DNA of 64,000 nucleotides from Vicugna vicugna (lineage: Eukaryota): positions 3,641,037 through 3,705,036 of the forward strand of contig MU058463.1 of the NCBI GenBank assembly GCA_013265495.1. The letters are read 5' to 3'. Under the pieces are notes generated by a model, which worked only from the letters and a program-made list of their open reading frames with translations, was not told the origin of the DNA and ran no database searches. Position numbers and translations under genes: made by a program. Below, piece after piece: positions 1 through 14,499 of this stretch; within the stretch, counting starts at the first letter, position 1; each line of letters opens with the position of its first letter.

Positions 1-601
<601 letters not shown>

Positions 602-3600
602 CTACAGCTCCTTCCCTGCCGCCCCGGCTCCTCGGGACGACTATGCTGGGGCTGAGGCCGAGACGGCTGTTCGCATCAGCACCGGGGCCCAGCCTCCGGC
701 CGAGGCAGCCGCCGCCGAGCTGCTCTGCACATGCTCAGAGCGTCCCTCCAGTCCCCTGGGCGCCGCGGCGGCTCCAGGTTTTAGCCTCGGCCTCCGGGCG
801 GGGCGGGGCGCAGGCGCCGGGTGGGCGGGGCCGGGCGGAGGACCGGCCCGTGGGCGAGGCGCTCCCGAGGGGCGGGGCCAGGAGCGCGGGCTGGGGTCCG
901 GCGGCCACGGCCCCCGCCCTCGCTACCCAATCCCGGGTGCCTGATTGGACCTGGCCTGAACTTTCCCGCCCCGGGCACTTCCTCCCGCGGCTGCGGAGGG
1001 AGAGAACTGCATCGACCGCCAAGTAGGCAGCTGGGGTTCCAAAAAAGCGGCGGCAGGTGCCTGCCCTGGAGGCAGTGCCCTGGTCCCCGCCAGTTTGCTA
1101 CCTTCCCAGGGCACTTGTGCTTAACAACATCATCTGCTAGCCACTTAGCTAATGAAACGTATAGAAAACCAAAAGGCCGGAGAACATTATCTTAAGGACC
1201 AAAAAGTTAAGGCTTTGAGAGGATGCTATTAATCCCCTAATTGGTAATATAGAAACAAAATGGTAGGAGAGAGGAGGCTGAGGAGAAAGACGATCTCCTT
1301 GATAAGAGAGGGAGTGGTCAGCTGCTAAAGTGCCAAATGTTCACTTAAGTTTGTTCTGAAATCGTCATATTTGAACTATTCTGTTACCGTCAATGTTTGC
1401 CACAGTAAAATGAGAGCATTTTGTACTATATATATTCATACATTCATTAAACAAAAGATCTTTGAACACCTAACTCTATGCCAGACACCATTCTAAGAGT
1501 TGGCCATGTAAGCAGAACAAAACAGGCAAAAATCATTAAAGGGAGAAACATGAGTAAAACTGAATAGTGCTCCATCTGTTAAATAATTTACAAGCTATTA
1601 GGTCAGACTTACTGGGGTGGGGGTGGGGAAGAAAAACAGAAAACTTCAGAACTCTTCTCCAATACCCATAATCTCACCTGCAAACCTGCAATTTTTTACA
1701 TCTTCTGGAAATCATTGGTAAATCAGCTTTAAGAGAGAGTGGAGGAGAGCTTTAAAGCAGAAGAATTGAACCAAGTTGTGTTCAATTAATATTGAGAGCA
1801 TTTCTGGATGTTTAACACAGAGAAAAGCCTGAGATTTTATTAAGAGAAAAATCCACACAGCTGATTCTCATCCTAGGATGATATACTGTCTAGTGAAGGT
1901 CCCTGCTGGGGGACTTTGCATACCACTCTTTGTGACAATGTGCCACATCCCTCTGGAAATGCTAGCACATTTTATCCATTGGTTTTAGATATGGCTCTGT
2001 GCCTTCTGCTCAGAAACACTTGTGTCTTCTCAGTTGTCAATCTATATCTTGAGCTTCTGTGTCTAGGGTGGGTTACCTGCATTTAACTTGCTGGGTGAGG
2101 GCTTCCATAAATTAGATAAATATGTGTGATAACTACCCTGAACCTTTCTGTCTGGTGTCCCAGCTTGCAGACCACTACCTAACCACCTGTATCACCCATC
2201 ACCTTTCCAAGTTTCGGTCTATCTTCTGGATATTCTGGTTATTACTAAAACCTGGAGAAGTGGAGTAATACTACTGAAAGTCCTAAGTCAAGAATCTATT
2301 GAAGGATTTTTCCGCATGCTCAGTGGCAGATGCGGGTAGCAGTAACCCTGCAACACAAAGAAAGGGAGACAACAGACACAGTGAGAACAAAGAGCTGCTG
2401 GGTTCCACATTAACCAGGAAAATTGGGAATGAGCCCATAATAGCAAAGACAACAAGAATTAATACATAAATAAAAGCAGTCATTTTACTGCAAAATTTAT
2501 ATACTTGAGAGGAGAGGAATAACAGCCCACTCCTCCCCCATTCACTCAGTATGGTCTATAGAATACATCCAAGCAACCAGTAGTCAAGACTTAGAACTGT
2601 GTTTTCTAAGTAGCAATGATTATTTAAAAAAAAATCTTTGTAGTTTCAAAAGAAAGCATTCATTGACATTTACACCTAGGGCAGAGATGAAACAGTCTAT
2701 CCTAAATTTCTATTCTGCATTCTTCTGAAAAGACAAATTTGCCCTCTTCCTGTTTTTAGTGTGAAATGATTTATGTCTAGAGAAATCTTCAATCATTTCT
2801 TTCCTTTCTATGGAAGCACTTCTTTTTCTTCCCTTCTGTGAATTACATATGTACACACACCAGAAACACTCAAAATGCAGACTGATTTTAAGTTGGTACC
2901 CTCCCCCCCAGGATGCCTGTCTCTTTAACACATAATTAAAGCAGTTGATGGTGTCAAGGTTTCAATTAAGCAGTCTTGATTTTTTATTTTGATGCAAATT
3001 TGGAAGCTTTGTGTTTTGAAAGAAATTGCATGCATAGCTACTCAATTTTAAAATATTTGTGTTTTAAATGAATCACATTAGTTGATTTCAGAAGTTTACA
3101 AAGAAGATATGAAAAATGAAAGTGCATGTCTCATTAAAAACTTTATGCTTTAAGGATACATTTGAAACACCATAAATTGATGAGAAATACCCATATATCA
3201 CACATTCAAAACCATGTAAAGAAATACATATTTCTCCAGTGCTCCCCATTCCTTACATTTCAGAACTATGGTCACCTGGTCACTCTAGTGAATTTCAAGA
3301 GAGAACATAATTTATTTTGATTTGTATTTTTCACATTTACCTCTAATAGTATCTACTGACATCAAATTGATCCAGCCACAGAATTGCAAAGACAGCATAG
3401 TTTCTTCTTGAGTTTGTAAATCTAATTCTCTAAGAAATCTGGGATCAGCCTGTTATTTTCCCCAGTTTTACAGATGAACTAACAAGGTTAGGTTACTTGC
3501 CCAAGTTTAGTCATGAAAATGACGACAGTTCTTAGGACAGTTTCTAGAAGCCCAAACACTCTTCTCCTTATACCTTTGTCTTATAGTGAAATTTCCCTAA

Positions 3601-4849
3601 GAGAAAGCCCCGTATGTTTTAAACGCAGATTTTCCATCAATGGAGTGGACTGAATGTACTCTTATGTGACCACTGCATTCATTCAAGTTGATAGATCCAA
3701 TTACCACAAGGAGAGAAAATCACCTAATGTGTTAAACTAAGATCAAAGATCCCCAGCTGTGTTTTCAAGTTTATTCAGATAACCCAGAGTGGCTGATTTT
3801 TTTTTTTTTGCCTCTTAATTGAGATTTCTGTTTATCCACACAAAATAATCGTGAATACTATTGGTCCCCACTACCCTTGTCCAGTGTCTAGCTCATAGCA
3901 ATGAAACATTGAAATTTTCTAAAGTAGAGATGAAGAAAGAAAGAAATCCCCAAGTTCTAGCTGAAATTTAGACAAGAACCTAATTGGTTATCTCCGTAAA
4001 TCTCATTTGTCATATGGTAACAACCCGAAAGGATTAAAAGGCTTTTTGCAGACCCCATGATAATCGATTATTTCACATCTGACCCAATTAAAAGCTAGAA
4101 AAAAATACTTGTTTCATTGATGTGTGTGTTTTAGTTTAAGGGAATAATGCAGAGAGAAAACAAAAAATACGTGAAGCCAGAATGTATGTAAATAATCCCT
4201 ATGTTTGTTGCTCCATTCAAACCCCACCCAACTCGACTACTGGAATTCCATGCCAACAACCCATGTAATTATACCCTGTAAAGTCATATATAGTAGCAGT
4301 TATACTAACAGTAATAATAATAATCCTGTTTATTTGGCCAGGTCTCCTTGTCAGAGCCCTTTTCAGTGAACACTTATTACATGCCTATTATGTTCACGTC
4401 ACAATGCTAGATGATTTTTCTTTGAAGTGAGTAAGACAGTGTCTCCAGCACCAAGGCCTTATCTAGTTGGAGAAAGAAGCATATAAGCAATTAATTATAG
4501 CACAAGACTTACTGTGTTAGGTGTCACGATGAAAATACGAGTCAACAGCATAGGGAGTGCCCAAGAAGGAGTGATTTCTTTTGGCTAAAAATCTGGGGAA
4601 GACTTCCATGTGGAAAGTGTACGTGATTTCACCTGATTCTGCCTATCGTGCTGTGAGGCACTGGGGCTAGTATGGTGATGGTCGTTTATCAGACAGGATG
4701 TAGGATCAGAGCACCAACAGAACTAGGATACAGCACCCAGCTCTGCTTCCTAGCCGCTACTGTGTCCTCTGTGGTCAACTTGTTCTCTTTTTATGAACCA
4801 CTCACACAGCTACCATTCTCATTAAAATGAAACTTTTAAAATTAATCTT

Positions 4850-5085
4850 AACAGTAGCTATTGGTGCTTACTAAATGCCAGCAACTGTTCTAAGCCCTTT
4901 ACTTGTATTAACTCATTTAATCCTCAAACCACCCTCCAAAGTAGTTTCCATAATTTTTCCTGTTTTATAAATGAGGAGACTGAGGCACGGGAAGCCAAAC
5001 CATCTGCCCAGTTACCCAGCCAGTAAGTGGCAGAGCCAGGACTTGAAAGCTAGGCAACCTGGTTTCAGAGTCCAGGCTCGTTTAT
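4850..5085 (-). mobile_element. MIR SINE
   Basis: MIR core: ctcatttaatcctca...tttataaatgaggagactgaggcac...gtaagtggcagagccaggacttgaa. Confidence 0.8.
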
Positions 5086-8000
5086 TGCAGTATCTCTTTT
5101 CTGGGCCTAGGCAGCACCAAACAGAATTCCATGCTCTGGTCTTAATGGCTTATCAGTAAAAAGTATTGACTTATGCAAAATCAATAGCCAGAAACGCCTT
5201 GAACAAAGTCTGATTCATTAACAAGCAAATATTACTGGAACTTAAAAAGTCAGCAAGCAAAGATTAGAAAACAGTAGGTTTCCAAAATCAACAAAGTTGC
5301 CAGTGCTGGTACAACACTTCTGACAGTACAAAGGCTATTCATTCAATGCTTATTTCTGCTCAGATGACAAAACAGCACAAACTATCACTGCTTTGTTTTG
5401 TATTTCTAGCCATGTGGATTCTTCCAAATGTCAACACCACTCTTAAGAATATTCAGAAGAAACCAAGTCACAGCGTATGTTGAACCTGAACAGATCCCGT
5501 AATGGTTTTGGTGGTATTTAAATATTCAAAAATGTAAAAATAATTTTTTAAAACTTCACAAACTTTTGTTTAAAAATCTGAAACATTTTAAACTAAAACC
5601 AATAGACATTTTTGAACAAGAGTTGCTCTTCTTGAAAATAAGCATGTAAGATTACTTAAACCTTGAAAAGTAACATCATACTTAAACCTTGAAAAATAAG
5701 CATGTTTACATTTTTTTCCCAAAATTTGTTAACTTTATAAGAGAAAAATCAATCTGATATGACTTGAGTCTTTTTGGCAAAAATTGGTATGTTATGTTAC
5801 CATCATACCAAGTGCCTACTCTAGAGCTTTTGAAAGTATTTGGATTTTGAACAATCTACTTTCTTGTTTTCCTCAAATGTTTCTCTCATCATAAAAGTGA
5901 ATGTGGTAGAGTCTTCTTTCTTAAATTCAAAAGAGCTCTTTTTTCTTTGATAATTTTCAGAGCTTTTATTTAAAAAAAAGAAAACTTCCTTGCAAAAAAT
6001 TGCAATCACCCTGGAGTGTTACAAACCAAAGTCAGAAATCTTTTGAAAGTCTGACACACAGCAGGGCAAGAATTCCTCCTATGAGAGTGGTCTTTTAGTC
6101 CTCCTTCAGGGTACTGGCATAGCTGAGGGGACGTGAGAATCTAAGTAAAAGGCGGTGGACGGCAGCAGACAGAAAATAGTGCAGCATCCTCTCTGGCAAA
6201 TCATCACAATTTAGAATCTAGAAATTATAAGCCAGACTTAAAGAAGTTGCTGCAAGTTTATTCAAAACAAACCTCCAGTGAGTGACTAATCACGGTCTGT
6301 GCACATAATGAATTTTCGGAAAACAGTAATAATTATATCATAATAGGGTTATCTGCGTTTCAGCTATAGTATCTCGCTTATCCTAGATCCTTCACAGAGA
6401 CAATGATTATAATCGTGTCACCAAGGGATTGTGTTGTCATGATTACATATATGTTCTTATTTCTTATCTTCAGGAATACTGTTTGTTTATTTTCAAAAAG
6501 GAAGATGAATGTCAATTAACAGAAAATACCTTATTAAAGATATGGTTGTCTTCGTCAAAATGGAATGCAAAAAATCTCCAGAGGTGGATTTACTCTGATA
6601 ACTAAAGAATAGCAAATGGGTAGGATGGGGGGAATAAACTACTGGCCAGTTTTCAAGCTTTACAATGAGTTTAAAGCCTCTGTTTTCAGACTCTGGGCTT
6701 TATTTGATGGTAATTGTAAGCATCTTTTATTTGGCCACGGAAAACAGTGTCTGAAAGCTCTCCCACATGCTACTAAAGACTTGGAAACAGAGAAAACAAC
6801 AAACAGTAAAACATAATTTTAGAAGATCAGGCTCCATAGGTGATTAAGCCAACAGATTACCAATGCAGCGCCAAAGAAGAATATCTATAGTAATTTAGCT
6901 TGTAGAAGACAGAAATCCAGAGAATAACCGTGGAAACCTACCTCGGATAGGAGATGGAGATAATCTGTCCCTCGGATGCTGTTGCATCGTACCTGTGGAC
7001 ACACAGGAAGGGGGCCGGAGCAGGGCTCAGAAGACGGTCACCTTTACTCGGGTACCTGGGCTAGGGGAGGCTCCACCTCCATGTTCCTGTCACTGCCAAG
7101 GGAAAAACAAAGGGCCTGGCCAAGTGTGTACTAGCTCATAAAGCTCTGGCCTAACAGTGGCAAAAATTCTTTCTGCTCATATTTCATTGACCAAAGCAAG
7201 TCATGTGGTTACACGTAACTTCAAAGCAACAGGAGTATGCAATGGTGCCGTAAGACCACTTAACGTAACGCTACTAATTATGCTATACCAGCTTTCTTTC
7301 AGGTAGCACCTTTAATCTTCTGATCTTACTCTGTTGCTTTGTTTTAGAAGTGGTTTACACAAGGTACACATAGTTGAATTTCGTTTTATCAGCCCATCTG
7401 ATCATCTCTATTGTTTATTAAGTAAATCTATTTATGGTGATAACTGACATTTCTGGATTTATTTTATACTTTGGACTGAACTATTATAATATTTTGTGTT
7501 TTCTGTTCGCCATACCTTCCTCCTTTTTCACTTTCTGATCTACTCTCTTCTTGGATTTAAACATTTTTATATTTCATGTTTTTCGCTCTGCTGGTCTAGA
7601 GATTATGGATTTTATTTCTGTTGTTTTGCAGTTACCCTTTAATTTTTAAGATTCATGCTCAACTATAAATATTTCTAGCAAGATTTCAATTTATTTCCTT
7701 GTATGAATAGGACAAGGACTCTAGAAGTTATTTGGCATTGCTTCCTCAGAATCCTTGTTACTGCTGCCTAGAATGTGAGTTTCACCTTTTCTTCTAGCAC
7801 ACACTCATGCACACACAAACATTATTTTAACAATAGATAGCTGAATTACTCACGTCTCAAAATCATTTTACTCCCTTATTTTTTCTTTCATCTTTCTCTT
7901 ACCTCTGAATCAGTTTTTGTTTTCTTAAATTTGGGGTTTTGCCTGCTTTGTTGTTCAGTAAGACTCAGTGGGAAAATGTATTTTTTATCCTTATCTTTGA

Positions 8001-8313
8001 ATGAGCTTTAGCTCAATATAGAATTCTGGATAGGGTATTTTCCCTCAGAACTTTGAAGATATAATTTATTTCTTCTGGCATCTACTGGTAATAAGAAGTA
8101 CAGTTGTAGGCCATCTGGTCTTTTCCCTGTGGATTGATTTTAAGAATATTTTTGTGTTTTGCTCTTTTATTTTAATGTGTCTACTTGTGCATTTACTTTT
8201 ATTTATCTGGAGTATATTTTCAGTCCAACAGCCATGTCTTTCATCAACTCTAAAAATTCTGTTTTTATCTCTCTGCTTGTGGCTTTTGCCTTTTCCTCTA
8301 GTCTCTTCTGGGA

Positions 8314-8316
<3 letters not shown>

Positions 8317-8352
<36 letters not shown>
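8317..8352. repeat. (GT)18 microsatellite
   Basis: Perfect GT dinucleotide run. Confidence 0.97.
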
Positions 8353-8354
<2 letters not shown>

Positions 8355-10279
8355 TCATTCACTCACTCATTCATTCATGTTTAACTATCTCCTCATCAAT
8401 CTAGCTCCGTATCTCTTAACTGATCTTTCCATTTTTTTCTCTTTGCCTTTCTGCTCTATTCAGGTGAATGTCTTAATATTAGCTCCCAATTCATTCGTGT
8501 CACTTTGATCACTTCAGTTTAGAGTTGATCAGTTTACTAAGTTTTAAAAAGCATCTTTTTTTTTGCATAATTTCTCACTTCTTTGGAAAGTTCCTTTCTG
8601 TATTTCTTTGATAACTCTAGACATACTTAAAGTCTTTTTAAAAATGGCACATTTATTTTTCTTTTTTTCCAGCATGGTTTCATTTCCCAGTATTTGATTT
8701 CACTTGGTGTCTTTCTGGGTGTTAATATTCTTTTTCCGTTTTTAGGCCCACCTTGAGTTGGTGCGGCTTTCTCTCTCTCTTCCCCCTCCCTGTTGAGAGG
8801 TTCTGTGGTCGTCACAGCTCAGCCCCTAGGCTCTGTAGTCAGAAACCAGGTCTTGATGCTTAGGGTTCTTATTCTACCATGACATTGGGAAGAGTTTAAA
8901 GTCAGATGAAATGTTGGCTAGACTTGGTCATGAAGGTTGTGTCTGTCCTGGCATCTTCCTTGGCACTCAGACTCTTACAAACTAGCTCTCTCTGGACAGC
9001 AAATGGCAGCACCTTTTCTCTGCCTCTCTTTCCAGGAGGGAAAGAGAGGGAGGAGAAGGACTCGCCACTGCACCCTATCTCTCTGTGGTCCTGGGGCCCT
9101 GTATCCTGCCGTCTCTGCACACCAAGTGGTGAGAATGGCAGTCCTGTGGTTTCCACCCCACATTTCTCTTCAGTCCCTGGTTTATACATTTTAAAAAATA
9201 TTTTTTCGCCCCTTTGTTGTATGCTTGGATGTAGAGTTTGTGAGTGGCTCAAAGTGTGAACTTTGAATGTCATTTTGATAAGATGGCTATATTGTTTTAT
9301 TATCTGCTTAAAAAGCAAAACTAAAAGGCACATCCTAATCTCCCTCCACAGTGTGTGCTAACTCTCTGAATGTTGCAGCTCCAGTTAGCTGCCAGGGCAC
9401 CCTATGCTGCCCACTCCCTGAGCACAGGAGGAGCAAGGGCTACAGTGATATTAAACTTCTCTCTCTTATGTAAAGACTAAAAGGAAAATTATGTAAATAT
9501 TTTCTCATAAAAGTAAAGATTAAGAATGCTCATATTCATTCAAGTATAGTGACAGGATTTCCTGTATGAATCTGGGGGAGTCAACTGGGCAGCAGTGGAG
9601 GACTGCCACTGCCTCCTAAAAATATTTAGCCTCATAACTCTTGTTTCCACATACTGGTCATCAGCCAGGGAAAAGCTGGTAAAAATGAAGCATTGACTTA
9701 CCAAAAACACCCCACTGTTTAATATGGGTTGTAATTGATTCTGAAACCTATGATAAATGATACTTTAAAAATAAACATCTCAGAATCATGCTTATGATGT
9801 TTTTGTCCTATTTTTTGGTTAACAGTGGAATGGAGACAATGAGGGAGGTTTACATTTAGATTAGTTTTAAATTTTAAAAAGCTGTTCTTTTAAATTTACC
9901 ATCTGTGTTTTTCAGCACTTCAAAGTGGCTATGGTAACTGACAGAACCATAGTATAATCGGGTATGGCTTGACCCCTACTAGGCCCTTCTCTTGGAGGAA
10001 GACCATTCATTGTGAGTCTTGTCACACTGCAAGAGAGTTTCTTTGCAAATATGTTAGCCTTCTGGTCAATGCACAGCAGAGATGCGAACTGGTTATAGGC
10101 GTTCTGTGAGTCATTTGAATTACAAGGTGCTAATTCTGCAAAGAAAATTCTACCATCCACACCACAGTACTTCAGCATTTTTACACAGATCTTAACTATG
10201 CTTAAGACATGCAATTAGCCTTTCATTCATTCTTTCTTAGTAAAGGCTAAGAAATTACTAGAAATACATTGCTGATAGT

Positions 10280-11500
10280 GGTGTTGATATAGTTATTCTG
10301 AGACTGATGTGTGCAGTATGGTGTGGTATATGGGAGAAAGGAGATATCCACTAAGATGAATGAGTTTAACCTTTTCATCGTGAATTGAATTGGAATATCA
10401 GTACAAACTCATTTATATTTTTACTGAAAAAAGTTATTTATTTTTAGCACTATTCACTGAAATCACCTGGAGATATTGACCAGCGCAAGAGCAATGAGTT
10501 ACCCTAGGGCCTAGAATTTGATCTTTAAATACTATTTTCTACAAAAAGAGATCTGAGTCCTTGAAAAAAGAGGCTAATGGGAGGTCCAAGGTAGGAAATG
10601 TACTAGATAAGCTTGAAACTGTTAATCAAAGGCTAGTAGGATTGTGGGAAAAGGACTTGGGAGCCAACGTGAATAATCTCCCACTGTCCAAAGATTAGAT
10701 GACTTAAGTGTCAGTAAGAACAACAGCTGCCATGAGTTGAAACACATCAAATACGTTTAAATCCATGATGTCAAAATGACACTGAAATCCATAAATCATC
10801 TTTGGAGAATGCTAGGACTTTGAGTTGTTATTTTGGAAACTGGTAAATAAAGGATAAAGTCTTTATTCTGCCTTTTCTATACAAATTCAGAGTAACCAGA
10901 TTGTGGGTGTTAGGAAGTATCTTTTTATAGATGTATACTGGCTAAGGAAAAATAGAACGAAAACATCACATTTTGAAATTCCTAATAAACTGTTAATCTC
11001 ACAAAAAGAGAGATGCTATGCACTTCTGAGGAAAGTACCTAGTATGACTTATTAAAGTAATCTTCACATATACACACAACACTACCACAGCCAAACCTGA
11101 ATTTAACCACATCTCAAGGCATAGAAATATGAGGGCCAAAAGCATGTCGAAAACAAAACAAAACAAACATGAACTATGGGAAACTTTGTGAGACAAGTGA
11201 CTCAGCTTCTCTTTCTCCTTATCCCCTTCTCCTCCACCTCCTCCTCCTCCTTCTACAACAGCAACAACACAATTGCAAGGGGGGAAAATGAGATGGAGGG
11301 AAAAAAATCTATAAAGAGGCAAGGGCATATTGACCAAATGCGATGTACAGAGCTTTTGGAATCTTGATTCAAACAAACTTAGAGAACATTTATAGTATAA
11401 TTTGGGAAATGTGAAGCCCTGCCTGACTATTGGAGGAGATTAAAAAATTATGGCTGATTTGGGTGATACATTGATGATATTGTGTCATGTTTTAAAAATG
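10280..11500 (+). mobile_element. Old L1M (MC/MD-like) 3' region fragments
   Basis: Resembles L1M 3' UTR segments (aaaaggacttgggagccaac...ttgaaacacatcaaatacgtttaaatccatga). Boundaries approximate. Confidence 0.55.
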
Positions 11501-12804
11501 GAAACATAGTAAGTTGCTGTATTAGCAAGTACACTATACTAACTACCAGTGAACCAGTCTCCGGAGGTAAGTGGGAGTAGGGTGGGGATGGAGGAGTGGA
11601 GGGGCCATGGAGGTGGGAGAGGAAGTTTGTTGCTTCTTTTTGCCAAAAGAATAAACTATAATTTGTATTTCAAATTTGGTTTTAATTCATCCTGAAGCAC
11701 GCATATGAGCAGTTTTATAAATGAATCAATGATACTGTTAAAGCACACAGATAGTGGGCAAAGTTTCTCTCTAGCTCGTTTTTCTTTACTAAAGGAAGTC
11801 TCCTGAAACTTCACAGCAGATTCAAGCATCTCCACAGACACTGAAATTTACAGAAGTCTCAATACCTAGTGAAAGAGTTAATATATACGCCGGCATGTTA
11901 GTATTTTGTGTTTGTTAAAATTTGGTAGAAGCCTAAGACTTTTCCCTTTTCCTCCCTAAATTAATCATCCAATATAGAAGACAACCAGAAGAGTGAAAAA
12001 TAATAAGAAAGAAGGAATCTTTGAAGCTGAATATTTTGATGCTTACATATGTAATTTTTTCCCTGGGGTACATATTTCTTTTACCATATCAAAGTATCAT
12101 GGAATTAAGCACTTCAGCAGTAATTCCTAGAGTATTTCTTGAATGACTTTGCCTCCACTTACAATTGTTGAAAATTTTCCCAGGGAGTGACATCTCTGAA
12201 CAGCTAAGATATAGCTCCAAAAATACATGTATGTAAAGTGCCTGAAACACAGTTGTTGCCTAGTGACTGGAAATTATTATTATTGTGTCAGAAAAAAATA
12301 TTAACATTGACATATACTTTAATTTTCCCCATTTCCCTGCCTGTGAAAGAAAATCTACCTTGATGAACCCAGTTCTACACCTCCACCCACCTCCTAAAAA
12401 GGATGGATATTTTGTGCCAAATTTCAGGCTGAATTAATCTACTAAACAATATGATGAGAAAGAAGAGAGAGAAAAGGAGGACAACATTAGGTAGGCTAGG
12501 AGTTTAAGAGAGGTTTTTTTAGGTGGCGAAGTAGGGTTGGGAATAAGGGAAGGAGATTTTAATAAAAGTGGATGTGGAGTATGTATTTGGATCTCCTTTT
12601 TTTCCATTCTTCTTTTTTTTAATTGAAGTATAGTCAGTTTACCATGTTGTGTCCATTTCTGGTGTACAGCATAATGTTTCAGTCATATATATATTCATTT
12701 TCTTATTGGATCCTCTTCAATGTCCTTTGAGAGTCACTAGTAAAAGATGGAATTCTTCTTAATTACATTTCAAGAGTAGAACTAGACTTCTTGAATGTAG
12801 CTTT

Positions 12805-13492
12805 GTTATGGGACTGAACCCCAAGTGTGTCTGGATTTGCAAGGTTTATAATATTATTTACTTGAAAGATGTCATAAAGGATTAACCTTGCCCAAAGAGA
12901 AGTTTGTCCTTTGTCTTTGGCTCCTGGAAGATCCCTGTATTAGTCCAACCTGCTCAGTGTGTCTTTGTTGGCCTGGTGACTTGGGCCACTCCACATATAA
13001 TATGCTAACACTGTGGTTTATGGTGAAGGCTTTGGGCCACACCGTATCAGCTCTACCTCAGGGCAAGGGGAGGTGGGATTGGGCACTGGAGACTAAGATT
13101 AACTATGTGAACAGTCAACCAAGTCTACTTAATTGAACCCCAATACACACTGTCAACACCAGGGCTGAGATAGGCTTCCCTGGTTGTCACAGCTCAGTGC
13201 GTGTGTCACACATTACTGCTGGGAGAGACAGGCATGGTCAACACAAATCCACTGGGAGAGGACAACTGGAGTCCTGTGCTCGGTGTCTCCTGGACACCAC
13301 CCTATGTGCTTCTTCCCCTGGTTGATATTAATCTGTATCCCTTCACTATAATAAACCATGAGTATGACAGCTTTTCTGAGTTCTGGCAGTCCTCCTAGTG
13401 AATTATCGAGCTGGATGGTGGTCTTGGAGACCTCTCGGACTTGCATTTGGTGTCAGAAGTGAAGACAGTCTTGGGGACTCAAAAACTTTGCA
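12805..13492 (+). mobile_element. ERVL-type LTR, MER21-like
   Basis: TG...CA bounded. Motifs ttgcccaaagagaagtttg, ccactgggagaggacaactgga, AATAAA followed by ccatgagtat...cagcttttctgagttctg...cctagtgaattatc. Confidence 0.7.
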
Positions 13493-13699
13493 GAAGTGCA
13501 GAGCAAAATGTATTTTTACACACAAATGGAAGGTTAAAGTATATATGGAAAACCTAAAAGTGAAAAAGGGAGCTATATTTAGAAGGGAACAAGTCTAAAA
13601 CAGTAGACCAATAAGTTATACTTCCAGAAGAAACATTAGAATACATATTCAAAGTAGAAAAATATGGAAAATAATACGGCTTTTAAAGGAGGAAATTCT

Positions 13700-14150
13700 A
13701 ATCTAACTTTTTTTTTACAACAATGATAAATATAGTAAGTTGGGGGCATATAATGGATAGAATACATATTAACTTTAGTAAAATTGTTGTTGGGTCCCAG
13801 GGCTTGACTCTTTAAAGCTTCTCATGTTAAATGGGATCCAAAAGGGGTATAAATTCAACTAATTCAATACTGACATGTGCACAGTACAAAAAAAAAAAAA
13901 AACTCACGACAGAGGAGATCTATATTAATGCAAGCTAGGACAGGACTTGTTTTGTAAATGTATGGCATAAACTGATCCAGGATCATAAAAAACACAAGTT
14001 AAGTAGGAGTTAGCAGTGTGTCATTGTAATTCTAAAAGTTAATAAAATACTGAATTATCTAAATAAAAGAATGGCATGTGAAACGTAATCTGTCACCATG
14101 CTCTATTCTGGTTAGATCATTTTTAGATCATTGCATTCATTTTAAAAACT
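13700..14150 (+). mobile_element. Ancient L3/CR1 LINE fragment
   Basis: Degenerate match to the CR1 RT 3' region (gagttagcagtgtg...tctattctggttagatcat...cattgcattcatttt). Confidence 0.5.
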
Positions 14151-14499
14151 CTTACTTAGTGAAAGAGGCTTCAGCACATTGGGTTCCGATCCTCGCTTTG
14201 CCACTGCCAGACTGGCTATATCATGGAATTGTTCAAAGACTCAGGACCCCAATTCTCTTCATTTTCACATCCTGTTCATTGAGGGCATCAGGTCAGAATC
14301 ACATTTATATGGCCACACAGATCTAAAATCCTTTGTTCATCAGAAAAAGACATTATTAAAAGTGATGGAGGTTTGGGGGCCTAAATCTCAATGTCTTTAT
14401 ATACAGAGACATGTTTTACAGAAGACCCTGGGTTACCACCATCCACTGATAAGCTCTCATGGGGACCAGTCAGGAGCTGTGCCACAGCTCACAGGCGCT

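Noticed and set aside
8066..8508. ORFs with HTHTHT / CVCVCV runs
   Set aside because: Translation of the (GT)18 microsatellite.
9912..10214. 100-aa minus-strand ORF
   Set aside because: No ATG start, no recognisable domain and no supporting exon structure; compatible with chance.
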